DNA of 42,983 nt, from contig NC_068996.1 of NCBI RefSeq assembly GCF_001194135.2, forward strand, positions 4,454,323-4,497,305, written 5' to 3'. Under the pieces are notes generated by a model. The model searched no databases. It had not been told where the DNA came from and was given only the letters and a program-made list of their open reading frames with translations. Position numbers and translations under genes: made by a program. The DNA comes from Octopus bimaculoides. Taxonomy: Eukaryota. Shown here one piece after another: positions 38,038 through 42,983 of the stretch. The first letter of the stretch is position 1, and the number at the start of each line of letters is the position of its first letter.

Positions 38038-38423
38038 TGTATGTATATGTATATATTTGTGTATATTTATAGACATACACACACACACATATATATATAT
38101 ATAGATACATATACATTTATACATCCACATGCATAGAATGTAAGGCAATCTATTGTAAAAGTTGGTAGAGTGACGGATAGAGAGTATTGCAACATTTGTT
38201 TCCGCTCTCTGAGATTCGTGTTTAAAATTTGTCGAGGTCATATCTGCTTTAAAAAAAATTTTTGCTTGTTTTTTTTTGCTTTGCCAAATAAATTCCCAAA
38301 TCACCACTCGTAGTCATCTATCTCGTCCAGCTGACACATCTTAAATGCGTCAAAGTGAAACGCAAAGTCTCATCGCCACTTTCGGGCTGTCCTCAAGCGA
38401 TTAGCGAAAGCAAGGTGGATGTT

Positions 38424-38504
38424 CTATGCCCATGGGCATATGGCATAGTGGTTAAGAGCACGGGCTACTAACCCCAGGATTCCGAGTTCGATTCCAGGCA
38501 GTGA

Positions 38505-38545
<41 letters not shown>

Positions 38546-38587
38546 GTAATAGTGATAATAATAATGATAATAATGATAATAATAATG

Positions 38588-38639
<52 letters not shown>

Positions 38640-38795
38640 TAACAACATCGAAAAATACCTTAGGAATGAGAACCCTGGTTCGAAATTTCCCCAAGAAAAC
38701 CTGATGAAGGCTGGAGGGTATATCAGCCGAAACGTTGTGTTAACAAGAAACAAGATGAGGACAAATATCCGTCAAATGTAAATAACGTAAATAAC
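38424..38795 (+). mobile_element. SINE family C, full-length copy: tRNA-like head + (AAT)n + hammerhead-ribozyme-containing tail
   Basis: A-box TGGCATAGTGG 38441-38451; anticodon-like arm GGG-CTACTAA-CCC; B-box GTTCGATTCC 38486-38495; (AAT/GAT)n about 38509-38643; tail nearly identical to the minus-strand copy at 31046-31190; candidate 9-bp TSD GTGGATGTT (38415-38423) / GTGGACGTT (38796-38804). Confidence 0.9.
38696..38741 (+). ncRNA. Minimal type I hammerhead ribozyme motif (Penelope-type) in SINE C tail
   Basis: CTGATGA (38701-38707) + A + stem II GGCTG/CAGCC (38709-13/38724-28) + GAAA (38729-32) + palindromic AACGTT in place of stem III, giving cleavage triplet GUU (38734-36). Stem I AAAAC/GTGTT has one mismatch. 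Folded by eye; activity not shown. Confidence 0.7.
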
Positions 38796-38859
38796 GTGGA
38801 CGTTGATAGCAAGTTATCCTTGATAATACGTGTTAAGTGTATTAGTTTATACATATATA

Positions 38860-39788
38860 GGCGCAGGTGTGGCTGTGTGGTAAGTAGCTTGCTTTCCAGC
38901 CACATGATTCCGGGTTCAGTCCCACTGCGTGGCACCTTGGGCAAGTGTTTTCTACTATAGACTCGGGCCGACTAAAGCCCATCGTATATATATATATATA
39001 TNNNNNNNNNNNNNNNNNNNNNNNNNNNNNNNNNNNNNNNNNNNNNNNNNNNNNNNNNNNNNNNNNNNNNNNNNNNNNNNNNNNNNNNNNNNNNNNNNNN
39101 NNNNNNNNNNNNNNNNNNNNNNNNNNNNNNNNNNNNNNNNNNNNNNNNNNNNNNNNNNNNNNNNNNNNNNNNNNNNNNNNNNNNNNNNNNNNNNNNNNNN
39201 NNNNNNNNNNNNNNNNNNNNNNNNNNNNNNNNNNNNNNNNNNNNNNNNNNNNNNNNNNNNNNNNNNNNNNNNNNNNNNNNNNNNNNNNNNNNNNNNNNNN
39301 NNNNNNNNNNNNNNNNNNNNNNNNNNNNNNNNNNNNNNNNNNNNNNNNNNNNNNNNNNNNNNNNNNNNNNNNNNNNNNNNNNNNNNNNNNNNNNNNNNNN
39401 NNNNNNNNNNNNNNNNNNNNNNNNNNNNNNNNNNNNNNNNNNNNNNNNNNNNNNNNNNNNNNNNNNNNNNNNNNNNNNNNNNNNNNNNNNNNNNNNNNNN
39501 NNNNNNNNNNNNNNNNNNNNNNNNNNNNNNNNNNNNNNNNNNNTATATGCATGTATATATGTATGTATGTATTATGAATGCGTTTGTGTGTCTGTGTTGG
39601 TCCCTTCACCATCGCTTGACAACCGATGTTGGTATGTCTCCACTCCTGTAAACTAGCGGTTGGCAAAAGAGACCGATAGAATAAGTACAAGACTTACACA
39701 GAATAAGTTTTGGGGTCAATTTGTTCGACTAAAGGCGGTGCTCCAGCATTACCGTAGTCAAATGACTGAAACAAATAAAAGAGCAAAG
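38860..39788 (+). mobile_element. SINE family A spanning an assembly gap inside its internal microsatellite
   Basis: A-box-like TGGCTGTGTGG 38870-38880; B-box-like GGTTCAGTCCC 38913-38923; CACCTTGGGCAAGT; (AT)n running into gap 39002-39543; complete 3' half 39580-39788. Confidence 0.85.
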
Positions 39789-40249
39789 TGTATACATACA
39801 TACATACATACATACATACATACATACATACATACATACATAGATATATATATANNNNNNNNNNCCTACAAAACTGTAACATGGAACTCAAAAGAAGGAA
39901 TAATTCCATGTAACAGAAATCCACATTATGGTTTGATTTTCAGGAAGGCGATCCTTCTCGGTAGTTGTTGCCGTTGTGGTTACTTTTGTTGTTATTTAAT
40001 CCCGTGTCAACCTTAATCTACCAAATCTATGATCAAACACGTTCCAGTTTGGTCATATTGTTCTTTTGAATATCTAAGTCTACATTTGCCAAATGTATCG
40101 TTTTGTTTTGTTTTTAAATTAATAGGGCAAGTCCTTAGCGATTTAATTGCTATTTGTAGAATATCAAGCTACAAGGTAAAGTCTTCTTTTTTGGCCCGTT
40201 ATTCAACAGGTTGTTGTAGCAGTTATTTAAACATGTCATGCTAACTCTG

Positions 40250-40446
40250 AACGAGGAGAATCAAGTCATTCCAGCTATGACCATCAAGATTATTATTCAG
40301 AGACAAAGCAGGCATATGACCTCATACATTTCAACTGTGACCATATAGTCGTTTTGGAAGTATCGAGGCCTATATAGATAGACACTGCTTCGTGTTCTAA
40401 TCAATTCAGTGTGAATTTGAGAGAGATAGGGACTGCTATTTCCAGC
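40250..40446 (+). repeat. Unclassified two-module dispersed repeat (D+E), copy 3
   Basis: D: ATCAAGTCATTCCAGCTATGACCATC. E: GTGTGAATTTGAGAGAGATAGGGACTGCTATTTCCAGC. Confidence 0.45.
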
Positions 40447-40659
40447 GATATTACGTCTACATTTAGGGTCTCCTATTTAGGTTAGATACGTGCAAGTTCG
40501 TATAACGGTTTGACAAAAGGAGTTTGATTTAGTGATTAGAAGGGAGAGGGTGACCGACTAAGACTTTGAGAGCGAAGCCCCAGCATGGCCACTACGACAT
40601 ATCAGTAAAAGAAGACATATTTCCAAGTTTATTTAAATGTTAGGTTAGCTATTGACACC

Positions 40660-40745
40660 TAGCATGCGCGCGCGCACACACACACGTGCACGCGCATATA
40701 CAAAACACATATACAAATATGAGCAAGTATATAAATTCATGTATA

Positions 40746-40803
<58 letters not shown>

Positions 40804-41050
40804 GAAAGAGAGAGAGTGAGAGAGAGAGAGAGATACATACATACATGCATGCATACATACATTCATATATATCTACATTCATAAATTCATACGAATATAT
40901 ACATATATGTATATATACATACATATATACATATATATATATATGTATATATATACACATGTAGGTATGTATGTATTTAAGTATGTATGTATCTATTTAC
41001 CCTATGTATGCATGCATGCATGTATGTATGTCTGCATGTGTGTATGTAAC
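40660..41050. repeat. (AT)n/(GA)n/(CATA)n compound microsatellite
   Basis: Direct reading. Confidence 0.9.
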
Positions 41051-41309
41051 TCAGAGACAGATTTCAGAGACAGAGTTGACAGAGAGAAATGCTAAGAAGA
41101 AGAGACAGAGAGGGAAAAGGATGTGTGTGCATGGCCAAAGTTGTGTGTGAGGGAAGAACAGGTAAGTCATAACGGTACCGTTACTAAGGAAACAAAACAA
41201 AGACACTCGACGTTGCGCAATGACACCTGTTCAGGTCAAACGAAAACAGGTAACGCTTGAGGTTTAAGAATGAGATATGAGAGGACTGTCTGGTGCGACT
41301 TAAATACAA

Positions 41310-41323
41310 ACGAACTACACACA

Positions 41324-41368
<45 letters not shown>

Positions 41369-41444
41369 GCACTCACAAACACACACACACACATACATAC
41401 ACTCACACTATTTTTCATTCCATCTCTCTCCTTCCCTCTCTCTT

Positions 41445-41484
<40 letters not shown>

Positions 41485-41732
41485 ATTTACTTGTACAGAC
41501 ACAAATATATACACACGATTGTCCATGCATACATACATACACACACACGTACACATATATACATTCATACATATATACATACATATGTATAGATTTATAT
41601 ATGTATATATATGTATGTTTATATTTATATACTTATATATCTGTATTTATATACACATGTATATATATATAAATATATATATACATGTGTATATATATAT
41701 ATGCATGTATGTGTATCTCTCTTTATCTACCT

Positions 41733-41770
<38 letters not shown>

Positions 41771-41774
41771 ATAC

Positions 41775-41819
<45 letters not shown>
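41310..41819. repeat. (CA)n/(CT)n/(AT)n compound microsatellite ending in an assembly gap
   Basis: Direct reading. Confidence 0.9.
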
Positions 41820-42310
41820 NNNNNNNNNNNNNNNNNNNNNNNNNNNNNNNNNNNNNNNNNNNNNNNNNNNNNNNNNNNNNNNNNNNNNNNNNNNNNNNNN
41901 NNNNNNNNNNNNNNNNNNNNNNNNNNNNNNNNNNNNNNNNNNNNNNNNNNNNNNNNNNNNNNNNNNNNNNNNNNNNNNNNNNNNNNNNNNNNNNNNNNNN
42001 NNNNNNNNNNNNNNNNNNNNNNNNNNNNNNNNNNNNNNNNNNNNNNNNNNNNNNNNNNNNNNNNNNNNNNNNNNNNNNNNNNNNNNNNNNNNNNNNNNNN
42101 NNNNNNNNNNNNNNNNNNNNNNNNNNNNNNNNNNNNNNNNNNNNNNNNNNNNNNNNNNNNNNNNNNNNNNNNNNNNNNNNNNNNNNNNNNNNNNNNNNNN
42201 NNNNNNNNNNNNNNNNNNNNNNNNNNNNNNNNNNNNNNNNNNNNNNNNNNNNNNNNNNNNNNNNNNNNNNNNNNNNNNNNNNNNNNNNNNNNNNNNNNNN
42301 NNTATATATA

Positions 42311-42483
42311 TTTGTGCATCTGAGTTCGTATCCCACGCCATCGCTTGCCAACCAATGCTGGTGTGTTTACAACTCCGTAACTTAGCAGACTAGGTTTACA
42401 AACAATAAGTCTTGGGGGTCGATTTGTTCGAATAAAAGGTGGTGCTCCAGCATGGCCGTTGTCAAATGACTGAAACAAGTGAA
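42311..42483 (+). mobile_element. SINE family A, 3' half
   Basis: CCATCGCTTGCCAACCAATGCTGGTGTGTTTAC...GGGGTCGATTTGTTCGAAT...GGTGCTCCAGCATGGCCG..CAAATGACTGAAACAAG. Confidence 0.8.
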
Positions 42484-42983
42484 TACATATATATAGGTGT
42501 ACAAAGTAATGAAAACAGAGCTGAGCACATGTTGGAGTAAGAGATATCTGTTTGAGTATTGATTCAGCCTAACATTACTCAGAGTTTTGTAATCGAATGT
42601 CTACATTGTGAATCATACTTTAAACTGTATACACATCTATACACCGTTGTGTGTGTGATGGTATATACGCGTTCGTGTGTTGACTGTGTATAAGCACCCC
42701 TAATACATATAAGTGGGTTTTTTTTTGTTAGTCACGAAGTATAACGCGGCGGGTTTGGTGTTGGAGTTAGAGGTGTTGTTGATTATAGAAAAGAAGCAGG
42801 TAGGTCACTAGGTGAGTAAATATACATAAAAACTAAATAAAAAGAAGAGCCACGTTCTTGTTTTTATGGATATAAAAATTTGCGTGCATATATATATATG
42901 TGTGTGTGTGAGTGTGCGTATGTATACGCACACACACATGCATATATATATACATGTATGTATATATATATATATATATATAT

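Noticed and set aside
38365-38400. Minus-strand CTTGAGGA-CAGCC-CGAAA next to SINE C
   Set aside because: The core deviates from CUGANGA and there is no stem II pairing.
38434-38505. tRNA gene (apparent ACT anticodon)
   Set aside because: The acceptor stem does not pair, the T-stem has mismatches and the sequence continues into a repeat tail. It is a SINE head, not a functional tRNA.
1-42983. CRISPR arrays, rRNA, operons or other prokaryotic systems
   Set aside because: No regularly spaced repeat-spacer units, no rRNA-like sequence and no gene-dense DNA; the repeats are eukaryotic SINEs and microsatellites.

Overview
AT-rich eukaryotic (animal) genomic DNA from a short-read scaffold. It has 14 N-gaps (about 6.5 kb, almost all flanked by microsatellites) and very dense simple repeats. 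The dispersed repeats look like octopod tRNA-derived SINEs, so the source is probably an Octopus genome; this is inferred from my recollection of the families, not from a search. The window is essentially intronic/intergenic, and nearly all supplied ORFs are microsatellite or gap artefacts. Supported content: (1) three tRNA-headed SINE families, here called A, B and C, in about 20 copies or fragments; (2) a non-autonomous Helentron/DINE-1-like element at 32.1-32.5 kb; (3) a decayed hAT-like MITE at 7.7-7.9 kb; (4) an unclassified two-module dispersed repeat; (5) possible decayed LINE relics; (6) one fairly convincing + strand coding exon (19063-19192) and several weak exon candidates. The most interesting signal is family C, present in two independent copies (31046-31296 minus, 38424-38795 plus). 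It consists of a Pol III tRNA-like head, an (AAT)n spacer and a 3' tail that folds into a minimal type I hammerhead ribozyme of the kind associated with Penelope-like elements. It is a candidate ribozyme-bearing SINE that may be mobilised by a Penelope-like element.
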